Assembly: GCF_009914755.1 (NCBI RefSeq)
Contig: NC_060925.1
Strand: one strand, 5' to 3'
Length of the DNA stretch: 64,000 nt
Origin: the human T2T-CHM13v2.0 reference genome, Homo sapiens
Position 1 is the first letter of the stretch. Every line of letters starts with the position of its first letter. The position numbers and the translations under genes were made by a program. The notes beneath the pieces are model-generated. The model worked only from the letters and a program-made list of their open reading frames with translations, did not search any database and was not told the origin of the DNA. Shown piece by piece: positions 14,088 through 28,328 of the stretch.

Positions 14088-14290
14088 CCAGAATTGGCAA
14101 ACTTTATTTGAAGAACCAAATAGTAAATATTTTAGGTTCTGCAGGCCATATGACCTCTCTTGCAACTACTCACCTCTGTGGTTGTAATGTGAAAGTAGCC
14201 AAACCAGGTAAATGAAAGAGTGTGATTGTGTTCTAATAAAACTTTATTTACAAAACAGGTGGCTAATAAGCTGTAGTTTACCAACCCCTG
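14088..14290 (+). mobile_element. MER58A hAT-Charlie MITE
   Basis: TIR-like ends (ggcaaact...tttaccaacccctg) and perfect 8-bp TSD atttagaa (14080-14087, 14291-14298). Confidence 0.88.
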
Positions 14291-14799
14291 ATTTAGAATA
14301 TCTTCCCCTACCTCTGTGTTCCTGAACTTTCTGCTCTCTGATGCTTCCTCATCACCATCACCAGAAACTTTGTTTCTGATTACCTGTGGCACTGCCCTCT
14401 ACTGCTGCGTACGGTAATGGGAAGGTTACCTTCTTAAAGGTGACAATTTCCTGGATGGGGCCAAATGTTATTCATCTTTATATCCTCGCATTCAGTAATA
14501 TTGATTAAATGAAAATATGAAGAACCATTTGCTCTATGTCACTGAATTTCCTAGATTTTGACATTTATTGCAATTCCAATTTCTAGATAGAACTTATTGA
14601 GAGAAGCAATAAAAGCTGATGCAGAACATATTAAATTCTTGTTATATTTATGCTATTCTTTCTTCCACTTGCATATGAAACTCGATATAGAAAAGTATAG
14701 CCAAAATAGGTAGAATTTTGTGAAGTCAGTAATAGATGGAGGAGAAGTCCCTTGTTTAAGACATTAAAGTGAGACAAGACAAAGCTATTTTTAGGATTT

Positions 14800-16600
<1,801 letters not shown>

Positions 16601-16705
16601 CTGGTTACAAATAAGGATTTTCAAACTTCTCCTCGATCTTCTGCAGCTAGAGAAAGGCAGGATAAAAATTGCAAGTCTTTCTTTTTGTGTAAGAAAAAAT
16701 TTGGG

Positions 16706-16999
16706 GGCCAGGCGTGGTGGCTCACGCCTGTAATCCCAGCAGTTTGGGAGGCCAAGGCAGGCAGATCATGAGGTTAGGAGTTCGAAACCAGCCTGACCAA
16801 CATGGTGAAACCCTGTCGCTACTAAAAATATAAAAATTAGCCGGGCGTGGGGACACATGCCTGTAATCCCAGCTACTCAGGAGGCTGAGGCAGGAGAATC
16901 GCTTGAACCTGGGAGGCAGAGGTTACAAGTGAGCTGAGATCGCGCCATTGCACTCCAGCCTGGGCAACAGAGCGAGACTCTGTCTCAAAAAAAAAAAAA
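16706..16999 (+). mobile_element. AluS (Sg-like)
   Basis: Dimeric Alu, TSD aaaaaat(t)tgggg. Confidence 0.93.
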
Positions 17000-17499
17000 T
17001 TGGGGGTCAGTTAGGAACAACTTCGTTTCTCATTCTTGGTATCACTTACAGAGCTGTAATGAATGTCATCTAACCCTTTACACATTTTCAACAAGGTTTC
17101 AATACCTATCTTGTGGAAGGCATGAGTTAGGTAGAGGAACAGGATAGCTTTTGCCTTCAGTGAGCTGATCATCTATTTATATCAGTCATAGATGATTAGT
17201 TAGTGATACTTTATGTTTTTTGCTATTTTGGGGGGCTTTAAGAATATCTTGGGGACATATATGGCCATTGTTACCAAAAATAACTTGCAATTAGGCCATT
17301 TACTTTATTGTTCCATTTTCTTAAATTCGAGGAACTAGTGTACAATGTATTCATGTTCTGATACATGTATCCAGAACTTATGAAAATGTTTTGTTGTTAA
17401 GTGGTGGTGGATTGTTCTGGCTTTGTTTCTGGATAGGCATATGGACAGTTCTCATGGGAAGAAGGAGGAAAAAATAATCTGTTCTCACCTCTTCCCATG

Positions 17500-17725
17500 C
17501 AGTAGAGGGTAGTGCTAAAGAGAGCAGATGTTAACAATAGACTACCTGGATTCAGGTCCTGGCTCTTCCCCTACTCACTGTGGGAACTTCAGCAAGTTAT
17601 CTAGTCTCTCTGCAAATATGAAAATAATTGTATCGTAGGGTAGTTTGGAGGCTTAAGGACATAAACAAATGTTGCATACTATTTAGTACGAGTACATAGT
17701 AAGTGCTCAATAATGTTAGCTAAAA
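17500..17725 (+). mobile_element. MIR
   Basis: ggattcaggtcctggctcttcc...catagtaagtgctcaataatgttagct. Confidence 0.75.
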
Positions 17726-18124
17726 GTAGTATTTCTTTTGCTGCTTCATTGATTCCTGATTGGTTTTGACTTCAAAGTTGGCAGTTCTGGTTTTCATTTG
17801 TGTGACTTCAGGAGTAAATGAATGTCTTATGTACATGTGGCAGTTGTGTATATGTTAAGCACTGCTGAAGAGTGTTCTTTGGCTGAAAGATCTAGTCATG
17901 TTACAATGTTTCTAAATTTATTTATGAAATAAGTGAAAGGAGCAAACAAAGGTCAAGTCTCAGTGGAAGAGACCTTGAGATCCTCCTTCTCTGTAATGGT
18001 CTGTTCACTGGTCTGTCTCTGTTAGAAGTAGAGGCTTCTCAGAAATAAGGACTGTTACACTTGCAGTATCAAGCACAAGACCTAATGATTAGTAAATATC
18101 TCTTGAATTGAATACGTTCTGTTT

Positions 18125-18612
<488 letters not shown>

Positions 18613-18614
18613 CC

Positions 18615-19381
18615 ATTATTATTGTTTTTAATTCACACATCATAATTATACATATTAGTGGGATACAGTGTGATATTTCCATACATTTATACAATGTGTA
18701 ATGCCCACATCCATCCGTCCACATTAGCATTTCCATCACATCAGACATTATCATGTCTTTGTGTTGAGAACATTCCAGATCTGCTCTTCTAGCTATGTAA
18801 AAATATACAATAAATTGTTTTATTATAGTCATCCTATAGTGCTGTAGAACACTAGAACTTATTCTTCCTATCTAGCTGCACTTTTATATCTATTAACCAA
18901 CCTCTGGCTATCTTCCCACCCACTACCCCTCCCAGCCTTCAGTAACCACTGTTCTATTCTATAGGTCTAAGAGATTAACTTTATTTGCTCCCACATATGA
19001 ATGACAGCATGTGGTGTTTATGTCTCTGTGCTTGGCTTATTTTACTTAACATAATCTTCTCCAAGCTCCATGTTGCCATGAATGACAGAATTTTATTCCT
19101 TTTCATGGCTAGATAGTATTCCATTATATATACCACATTTTCTGTAGCCCTTCACGCACTGTTAGACAATTACGTGGATTCTATGTCTTGGCTATTGTGA
19201 ATAGTGCCACAATAAGCATAGGAGGGCAGATGTCTCTCGGACATACTGACTTCATTTCCTCTGGATATGTGGCCCATAGTGGGATTGCTGGATCATATGG
19301 TAGTTCTATTTTTAGTTTTTTTGAGAAAACTCCATGCTGTTTTTTGCAGTGGCTGTAATAATTTACATTCCAATCAACAGT
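18615..19381 (-). mobile_element. L1MA-type 3' end
   Basis: Reverse strand encodes LKIELPYDPAIPL...[11 protein letters not shown] (L1 ORF2 C-terminus) followed by an L1MA-like 3'UTR. Confidence 0.88.
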
Positions 19382-19519
19382 GCTGTTTCTATTGCTTTTT
19401 AAACTCAATCTTACTCTTTGCCTTCTAAACCCTTCTGGGTTGTTTTGAAAGCCACGTGCAGGGGAGCTCAGAGTAGTTGTTGTGAAGCAAGTACAACATC
19501 AAATATTAGTTAACACTCA

Positions 19520-19745
19520 CACACTCCTGTGGGCCAGACACTAATCCCAGTGTATGATGTGTATTAATTTATTTAATTCACAAGTTGGCTGTATGACGTA
19601 AAATGTGTAATGATCCATTTTGGCCATGGGGAAACTAACTCTCAAGGATATCAAGATGTCAAATAACTTGTGGAAGCACACACACATAGCTAGTAAGTAC
19701 AGAACAAGAACTTGAGCCCTGGCTAAGTATATGTTTCTAGCCATC
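19520..19745 (-). mobile_element. MIR
   Basis: tccattttggccatggggaaactaactctc MIR core. Confidence 0.65.
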
Positions 19746-20086
19746 CAGCAATATTGCTCTTTACTTCCAAAAAGTCAGCAGATACCTACCTACCTACCTA
19801 CCTAGAGAGCTCTGTCTTTCCTCATTAACTTCTTGCTCTTCTCCTTTGAAAACTTTTCCCACATTCTCTGTTATGACCCCTTTCTTCCCATAGTAGGTAG
19901 ATTTTGTAAGATATTAAACTCAACTTCTGGTACCTTTGAAGTATCTTTATTATACCTATGCTTCATTGCTCGCAGAGAGCCTTCATGGCAAAGGAAACAT
20001 TTTAGCTTCCATGCAAAAGTGTGCTTTATCTAAATAGGACTTACCCACTCATCTAAACACTGGTCCTCCTTCCTCCTAGTGGATAT

Positions 20087-20220
20087 GGCGGGAAACAGAG
20101 GAAAATGTTTTTTCCCTATTCCTGATTTCCTGGGAGACACTTTTATCCCAACATTCCTGGCCTTACTGTACTCTCTCACTCTTCCCACACACTCAGCTGA
20201 GGACGAACTCAGCTGATAAG
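20087..20220 (+). promoter_or_regulatory. Candidate cis-regulatory cluster just upstream of the exon (E2F-like site, two E-boxes, GATA)
   Basis: GGCGGGAAA 20087-20095; CAGCTG 20194-20199 and 20210-20215; TGATAA 20214-20219; non-repetitive context. Confidence 0.35.
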
Positions 20221-20282
20221 AAATGTGAGCAGAATAACCTTGCATGCTCTGCTGAGGGACCGTCTTTTTTCTCTGTCTGCAG

Positions 20283-20381
20283 AAAGAAGGACTTTGCTGC
20301 TTTGGGCCAGGATCTGAACTTAGGTGTAAACCATTGCCCTGGCAGAGGGAACCTACCCAGTCCATTGCTGCCTGCTACAAG
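20283..20381 (+). other. SGMS1: Non-coding internal exon, probably SGMS1 5'UTR exon 2 (acceptors give 99, 95 or 92 nt)
   Basis: Polypyrimidine tract gtcttttttctctgtctgcag, consensus donor AAG|GTAAGT at 20381/20382, no ATG. Gene identity is recalled from the SGMS1 mRNA 5'UTR, not verified by search. Confidence 0.65.
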
Positions 20382-21409
20382 GTAAGTGAAATCGATCTCC
20401 GTCTACCCATTCTCCAGGCCAATTTTCATCAGTACTCAGAGTGATCAAGGCTTTCATAGGCTGATTCTTTTGTCTTACTCTTCATTTGTCCAAAATTCAT
20501 CTGAGAAGACTAACACTTCAATATTATACTGCTTAAGAAATGTAATAATCCTGACAGCTTAGCATTGCAAGTTCCTCCATTTACAGGTGAAGTAACTGAG
20601 ATTCAAAAACATCAATAAACTTGCACAGCTTAAGACTGTAGCTGAACTGAAGTTAGGCCACAGATTTAGTATTTTTCCAGTAAGGGAAAGATTTTTGCAA
20701 GGAAAAAACTAATATTAAAAGCAAAATGCTCTCAGGAATTGTTTCTTTTAATATGATGAAATACTAGAAATATACAATTGGTGAAGTTATTCATTGCTGA
20801 TATATTAGTACCTTTCATGTAGATTCACACAGGTTGACCAATAACTGTTCTCAGGCAGGTCTCCAGGATCTATCTGGAGGATCCTAGGTTCCTATTAGAA
20901 GAACTGTGTGTTTTGTTGCTAAACTAGACACAATAGACCAGGCTTCACTTGGCAGATTGCCACTTTTTATCAAAACTCTATCAGATGAATTTTTCTAAAA
21001 AATTATACATCCTTTACTAAAAATATTTTTGCTAAATTAATTGTGGGAAGATGTTCTTATCGCATATTTATGAGATGAACATTTATTTATATTGTTTCTT
21101 GAAAACTTTTTAAAAATAATAGTATTAAAATATATTGCATAGGCTGCCAAGCACACAATAGGGATATCAAAAGCAGTAAGGCTGATAAAAGCAAGAGTTT
21201 TGTGTTTAATTAGTAGGCTCTGACTGAGCAGAAAATTAAAATCCCCTACTTGGAACTACCTATAAGGAAGAATGAGAATTCAGACCCTAGGCATTACTGA
21301 TGCTCAGTTGAAGGCAGCTTGTCAAAGCACTGCTTTTTATTAATGCCCAATAGTTCTTAAATACAAACTATATACAAATGGTAAAACTATACTTCTGCCC
21401 AGTTGAACC

Positions 21410-21970
21410 TGATGCAGGAAAGGCAGGTCTCAAAATTGGGGCTTAGCCCAGGAGGGTTCTTGGCTTTACACAGGAAAGAATTCACCAGGAAAGAATTCAA
21501 GGGTGAGCCAGTAATATGAGACAGCAATCTTTTATTGAACATTACTACTCCTTGCAGAACAGGGCTAACTCACAGGCAATGTGCCCAGATTTGGTAATGT
21601 ATGGGCTCTTGGCAACTGTATTTATACTTACTTATATTCATTTTTAATTACATGTAAATTCAAAGGCAGGTTAATTCAAATTGAGGGATGCATTATTTAG
21701 AACTTTCTAGGAAAGAAGTGGCAACTTCTGGGTCATGGCTGTGGAATGGGGTGATAACTTCCTGGTTGTTGCTATGGTATTTGTAAACTGCCATGATGCT
21801 AGTGGGAATGTTTTATGCTAAAGAGCAATGAGAGCAGCTAGGGATGGCTTTCATTGCCGTCTGCTGGTTCCTGCCAATTTGATTTCTTCACTTCATTGCC
21901 TAGGGACCAAATCCTGTTTTGGTCAGCAGGGTTGTGACCAAAAAACAAGTCCTACCAATCTCCTACCTCA
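21410..21970 (-). mobile_element. ERV1 (MER4-group, MER66-like) solo LTR
   Basis: TG...CA ends, reverse start tgaggtaggagattggtaggacttg, minus-strand AATAAA near 21533, 4-bp TSD aacc/aatc. Confidence 0.7.
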
Positions 21971-22104
21971 AATCCGTACTATGTGCACTTCAGTAGACAA
22001 CTTAATATTGAATATATGTGTGAAGATACGTACATAAAAAAACACCTAAACCTAAACAACTTAGCAAAAATGTGTATATAGTTCAGACTTTTTTTTTACA
22101 CATG

Positions 22105-22492
22105 GCTTGCTTTTATTTTTTGTTTATTTTTTATGTTCCAGAATACATGTGCAAGATGTGCAGGTCTATTGCATAGTTGAATATATGCCCTGGTGGTTTG
22201 CTGCACCTATCAACCCATCATCTAGGTATTAAGCCCAGCATGCATTAGTTCTTTTCCCTAATGCTCTCCCCAACCCAGCCTTCCCTGATAGGCCCCAGTG
22301 TGTGATGTTCCCCTCCCTGTGTCCATGTATTCTCATTGTTCAGCTCCCACTTACAAGTGAGAACGTGTATGTTTGGTTTTCTGTTCCTGCATTAGTTTGC
22401 TGAGGATAATGGCTTCCAGCTTCATCCATGTCCCTGAAAAGGACATGACCTCATTCCTTTTTATGGCTGCATAGTATTCCATGGTGTATATA
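22105..22492 (-). mobile_element. L1PA (L1PA8-13-like) 3' end
   Basis: Reverse complement of the canonical L1PA 3' end; resembles 140-470. Confidence 0.9.
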
Positions 22493-23139
22493 CTTCATCT
22501 CTTTCTCCCTCTGGAGAATCATTCTTCCATAAGAAAAAAATGATATATTTGACCTGGTTCCTTTGGGTCTTCCTTTCCAGTCATCCTTGTATTGAAGAAT
22601 TCTTTAACATTTTTCAGCACTCTGTTGTACATTTCTGACTGTACTAAGACAGTCCCTTCCTCATATCCCAGCTTTTATTCCAATGGATAATGAAATTCTT
22701 GAACTCTATGCTTACAACTTTTCAAAATTCACATATTGAGTACAGGGTTCAAGTGTTTGGTTGCTTCGAATATTGTAATTGTTTCCATCAGTTGTGAAAC
22801 CCACAAAAAGGAGGGTCACACCAATATCCTTAGAATTGAGGTCATTGAAATCCATGTAGGCATTTGGGTCTTCCCCACATTAAAGCACCAACTGTTAGGC
22901 AAAAAGCCAATGTCAAAAGAGCAGGCTGGCATGTGGACCTCTTGCTTTATCTATCTTCCCTCTAATTAGCTTTCCTTTTAGCCTACAGTCCTTCTCTCCA
23001 CTCCTTCAAGTGCAAATTCAGCTACCTCTTCTTTGAGCCACTCTCTCAGTTTAAGCCCTAAAATGCTTCTGTTTACTTCTTCAGACCTATACTGCAGTGG
23101 GATTTATGCTCTCTGAAGTTACAGTGGAATGGAGATTGG

Positions 23140-23372
23140 GTGTGGCTTAAGCACAGGTAGTTCACATTTGAGAGCCAGCCTTCCTCTCTTTGAACAGGGT
23201 CCTGCTCCTCACCAGCTGTGAGATCTCACCCTAGTTACTTAAAACAGTCAGCTTGGCTTTCCCCTTATAGAATGGGGATAGTAATAACAATTGCTATTGT
23301 GAGGAAGAAATCATCAAATCCCTATAAAGTTTCCAGCGTTTAGTAAGCACTCAATATATATTAGTTATTATT
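23140..23372 (+). mobile_element. MIR
   Basis: gaatggggatagtaataac...tagtaagcactcaata. Confidence 0.7.
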
Positions 23373-24081
23373 ACTGTTATTGTTCATTCCTGCACACCCC
23401 ATCTTGATTTTCTTTCTTCTATTCAAAGGCAAGCGTACTCTTTTCTAGAATTCATTTCATATTTCCTTCTCCCTACTTTTAGCAGCCTATAAAGTAACTA
23501 GAATTACAGGGGCAAAGGGGTAGAAAGCATACCTACTATCATTGGGAGGCCAGAGGGACCAGGAATTCTGTAGCAACTTCTCTGTTCCTGGTATCTAAAG
23601 CTTAAGTCTGTGCTATGTTGAAACCTGAGGACAGTCAGTCTCTTTCATTGGTTTATCTAAAATAATACTTTTACGACTCCTTATTGGCTGACGTCTCTCT
23701 ATTTATTTCTTTTTTTCTTGAACATATAGATGCAGAAATGATTGAGGGGGCAAACCAGATGAACATGGCATAATGGTATCATCTGAGTATAGTCTGGCAG
23801 GAACTGGCCACTGGATGGATATTATGAACCCCATTTTACATGCAAAAAATCAAGATTTGGAGAGGCTAAACCAATCGCCTCTGTAAAATTCCACTCCTAT
23901 ACTTGCCAGTTTTATGAGTTTATTTAATCTCTGTAATCCCAAGTTTCCTCATTTGTTAAATATATATAATATCTATCTTGCAGATTATTTTAAAGACTGA
24001 AGAAGATAATTGTACAATAACTGATATAATATCTATCATCTACCTATTTATACAGGAAATATCTAGTGTATGCTAGTAATT

Positions 24082-24084
<3 letters not shown>

Positions 24085-24120
<36 letters not shown>
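24085..24120. repeat. (GT)18 microsatellite
   Basis: Directly visible. Confidence 0.97.
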
Positions 24121-24123
<3 letters not shown>

Positions 24124-25221
24124 ATTATATATATTATACGGTTGTATCTCCAATGACAACCTTTGTCTCATTCATCTCCAGATTATACCAGGAACTAATC
24201 TTAGGCAATTTCTTGTACTGATATCTTGTACTTCTCCAACATGGATGATATATTTTGAACATAACTTTATACAAATTTAATGTATATACCATATGTATAC
24301 AGTCTGAAGGTTTTTAAAAAGAATTTTGTTGTTTTTAACTTTCTGCAGTTAGGGTCCTCTTTGGTTGCATGTATGATGTTCTCTGCTGAGGAGAGCTGCT
24401 ACCAAATGCATTTCCCTACCTCAACAATTGCCTTTGGAAATCTCACTTTCCCAGCCAGTCCTCCTATGTGTATATGCATACACAGACGCTAAACTAGACC
24501 TCTTATGCTTATAGTAAGAAGTATTTTAGGTTGGATGCATGGTAAATTAACTAGACAGACCCAGAAAATACAGTTGCATTGATATTCCCAAGTAGGATCT
24601 ATTGAAAATAGTAACCAGAACTATGTTTCTGGAAAGTAAATTTAGAGAGACATGTTATTTTAAGGAATGCCAAAGAGGGACAGCATTTTTGGAAGATCGT
24701 TGCTGGTGGATGGTAAGGATTAGCATGGCCTTTCTTTTTATCATTTGGGTTAGGCACCCCACATCCTGATTTTGAAATTACTCTTCATTTTATTCAGTGC
24801 TCTTCAGAGACTGTAAAAAGATTGATTAATATTCATTCAAGCTTAATTGGCTTTGGAAAGAAAAAGTAAGTCAATTAAGTACATTAGTAAGCAGTTTTTC
24901 ATGAAGAGTAATAATGGCAGAGGGTGACGGGGCAGCACAGCACCAGAGATTGGGGGTCACTGAGCCCCATACCACACTGAGGATGTTGGTTTCATGTCTC
25001 TCTTTGTGCTTCTTTCATGTTCTCACTCTTTTGCTGGCTCATAAGCAATCTGTTTCCCCAGTACGTTACTTGGATGAAGTAGAAGTAGATCATACTATCT
25101 GTTCCAAGGTCTTCCTTTCCTTATCTGCAAGTTACTCTCTTGAAAGAATAACGAAAGGTTGAGAGATCTGTACTCACTTTTTATGCTTTCGTTTCTTTCC
25201 TGCCTCCTCTCTATTTCACAG

Positions 25222-25284
25222 AGGTGATAAAAGAGAGGTAAAATGAAGTATAAAGCCAGGGAAGACTAACAGTGGTGAAACCTG
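25222..25284 (+). other. Candidate 63-nt alternative exon
   Basis: Branch point TACTCAC 25171-25177, ~40-nt pyrimidine tract, CAG 25219-25221, purine-rich body, donor CTG|GTAAGG. Confidence 0.5.
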
Positions 25285-27111
25285 GTAAGGAATGAGGCCA
25301 TTGCCAATAATTTGAGAAGATCAGAAGGAGAAACTGAGTATGGGTGATGTGAAAATTATTTAAAACAATTAAGACAGTACAGGCAGCAACAAATCGGAGT
25401 GGACATGGCTAGGGGGCAGGGATCTGCCATGTCACTCATTAGATCTCCAGGGGGAAAGTTATACAGTGTCTCAGCATATGAACCAGGGCACCTGGGCAGC
25501 AAGAGAACAATTATGAAACCTGAGCAAATCAACAGCTATTTATTAACCAATATAAACCCTTAAAATAATAATAACAGTAACTTACTAACAATAATTTACC
25601 AGTTGCTATGGCTAGACCCATGTATGACAACTGAATATCAGCCCTAGAGCTGCAAATGGAGCCACACTGAGGTCCTAGTAGCGGGAACTGACAGTCAAAG
25701 ACAGATATTGAGCATTACCAATTTTAGGAATTATATATTTGCTTTATTCAACTTTTTGTTTATCATATATAAGTACATATCAAGGCATTTTCCTGGTGGA
25801 ACTAAGACAAAATCTTGCAAGTTGTTACTGTGAATAATAATTCAATTTGTAAAGATGTCTATGATTGAGAGGTTTTAAAATACCTACCATATTGAATATG
25901 AGTGTTACTCACATGCACTCTTGGGTTTTATGATCACTGTATTTATTTTTAAAGTAACCTAGTAATTGCAAAAATAACTTGCAAAAAATGGTTTATTTCA
26001 TAAAAAGTAAATTTGATTTCAATAAAATTAAATTTCTGGATAATGAATCCTACATCTTTTCGTGTGTGTGTAATCTAAGCGTTCTCAAGGGCAGTTGGAT
26101 CTACAGAAGACCACAACTTTGCTTTATTAATAAGCAAAATAGGGAAACATAAACCATTAAGTATAGACTTTCTGAGAGCTTAGCAGAAAACTCTCTCTCT
26201 TACTGATTAATAAATTGTTCATCAGTGCTGTAATGGACATTACCTTACTATCATGAACTGGAATGTAGGTGTCTGGCAAAGCCTGATATACTTTTGTGTG
26301 TAAATTAATTTTTAAGACTTTTGTTTAAAATGTATCATTTCTCCCTTATTCTTTTACGGAACAGTTAGCTAATAAAACTTTAATAAATGAGTACTAGATT
26401 CTGGGCATTTGCAAGTTACTATGCGGTTATACATCTGACCTACTTTGTTTGATCTTCACCTCCTTTATAGTATGCTATAACTGTTTTATTTAGCATGCTT
26501 CCTTTTTATTTAGCGTGCTTCCTTATATGTAGGTCCTCCTTTCCTAGTAAATTAAAGACTCTTGCAGTCAGGAACCTTAATTTTTATAATCTTGTTAGTG
26601 TTGAGCAATGTGGAAGATGCTTGAGAACTGTTTGAATTGAATTTCATTCAAGGCTGGTATCTTTCAGTTTTGAAAGGTAGAAGTGCGTATTGGTAAGTTA
26701 CTAGAAATAAAGGGTGAATTTCTTCAACTTGATAGGTTACTTCTGACGATTTCATGATTTAGAAGGGATTTGGCTTCTGGATTTAGGAGATCATTCGGTG
26801 CTATTTCATGCCTTTAAGGAGGTACAGAGAAAGGAATGTTATTCAGCCTGGGAGAATATTTCCAACAGGAGGGTCAGAACTGGGCTTTCACAGGGGATAG
26901 TATTTGAAAATAGGTGTAAAAAGATATTTCAGGCAGAGGGAGGAGCTGTTTATGACCTTATTAATTCAGTAAGCACATATTGAACACTTACTGTATGTTA
27001 GGCAAAGAAAAGACTGTTGAGATAAGCAAGATTACAAGAAGTAGTTTTAAATAGCTTGGAGGTTGGAGTTAAACTTGGAAAGGTTGACTGGCACTTGATT
27101 GTTCAAGACTC

Positions 27112-27212
27112 AGTAAAAGATTATATTTTCTAAAGAGAGATTCAACAATGTTTCTCATCCCATGTGCTCTTCTTGAACTCGGTGCCACCAACACGACCAT
27201 CAGGAGGTAGAA
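27112..27212 (+). mobile_element. MLT1(G/H-like) LTR 5' fragment, cut by the L1PB
   Basis: atattttctaaag...tctcatcccatgtgctcttct...ccatcaggaggtag resembles MLT1 5' ends. Confidence 0.5.
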
Positions 27213-27621
27213 ATCCGCAAAAGGATCTTCACTTAGGCACATTGTCATCAGGTTATCCAAAGTTAAGACGAAGGAAAGTATGTTAAGAGCTGTGAAACAG
27301 AAGCACCAGGTAACCTATAAAGGAAAATAAAGGAAAACCTATCAGATTAACAGCAGATTTATCAGCAGAAACCCTACAAGCTAGAAGGGATTGGGGCCCT
27401 ATCTTCAGCCTCCTCAAACAAAACAATTATCAGCCAAGAATTTTCTATCCAGCAAAACTAATCATCATATAGGAAGGAAAGATACAGTCTTTTTCAGACA
27501 AACCAGTGCTGAGAGAATTTGTGACTGTCAAGCCACCACTACAAGAACTGCTAAAAGGAGCTCTAAATCTTGAAACAAATCCTGGAAACATATCAAAATG
27601 GAACCTCTTTAAAGCATAAAT

Positions 27622-28225
27622 GGCTGTGGGTTTGTCATAGATAGCTTTTATTATTTTGAGATACATCCCATCAATACCTAATTTATTGAGAGTTTTTAGC
27701 ATGAAGGGTTGTTGAATTTTGTCAAAGGCCTTTTCTGCAACACATATGTTTATTGCAGCACTATTCACAATAGCGAAGACTTGGAACCAACACAAATGTC
27801 CAAGAATGATAGATTGGATTAAGAAAATGTGGCACATATACACCATGGAATACTATGCAGACATAAAAAGGATGAGTTCATGTCCTTTGCAGGGACGTGG
27901 ATGAAGTTGGAAACCATCATTCTCAGCAAACTACCGCAAGGACAAAAAACCAAACACCGCATGTTCTCACTCATAGGTGGGAATTGAACAATGAGAAGAC
28001 TTGGACACAGGAAAGGGAACATCACATACCAGGGCCTGTTATGGGGTGGGGGGATGGGGGAGGGATAGCATTTGGAGATATACCTAATGTTAAATGATGA
28101 GTTAATGGGTGCAACACACCAACATGGCACATGTATACATATGTAACAAACCTGCATGTTGTGCACATGTACCCTAAAACTTAAAGTATAATTAAAAAAA
28201 AATAAAGTAATTAAATCCCGAAAAA
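27622..28225 (+). mobile_element. Nested L1PA (PA4-6-like) with 5' inversion (27622-27739 inverted; 27741-28225 sense)
   Basis: TSD aaagcataaat(g) at 27611 and 28226; inverted piece encodes [24 protein letters not shown]...YDKPTA on the - strand. Confidence 0.9.
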
Positions 28226-28328
28226 AAAGCATAAATGACACAGAACCTATAAAACAAAAATACATGTTAAAAAGAAAAAAAAACACAAACAACAACAACA
28301 ACAACAAAGTACACAGACAACAAAAAGC

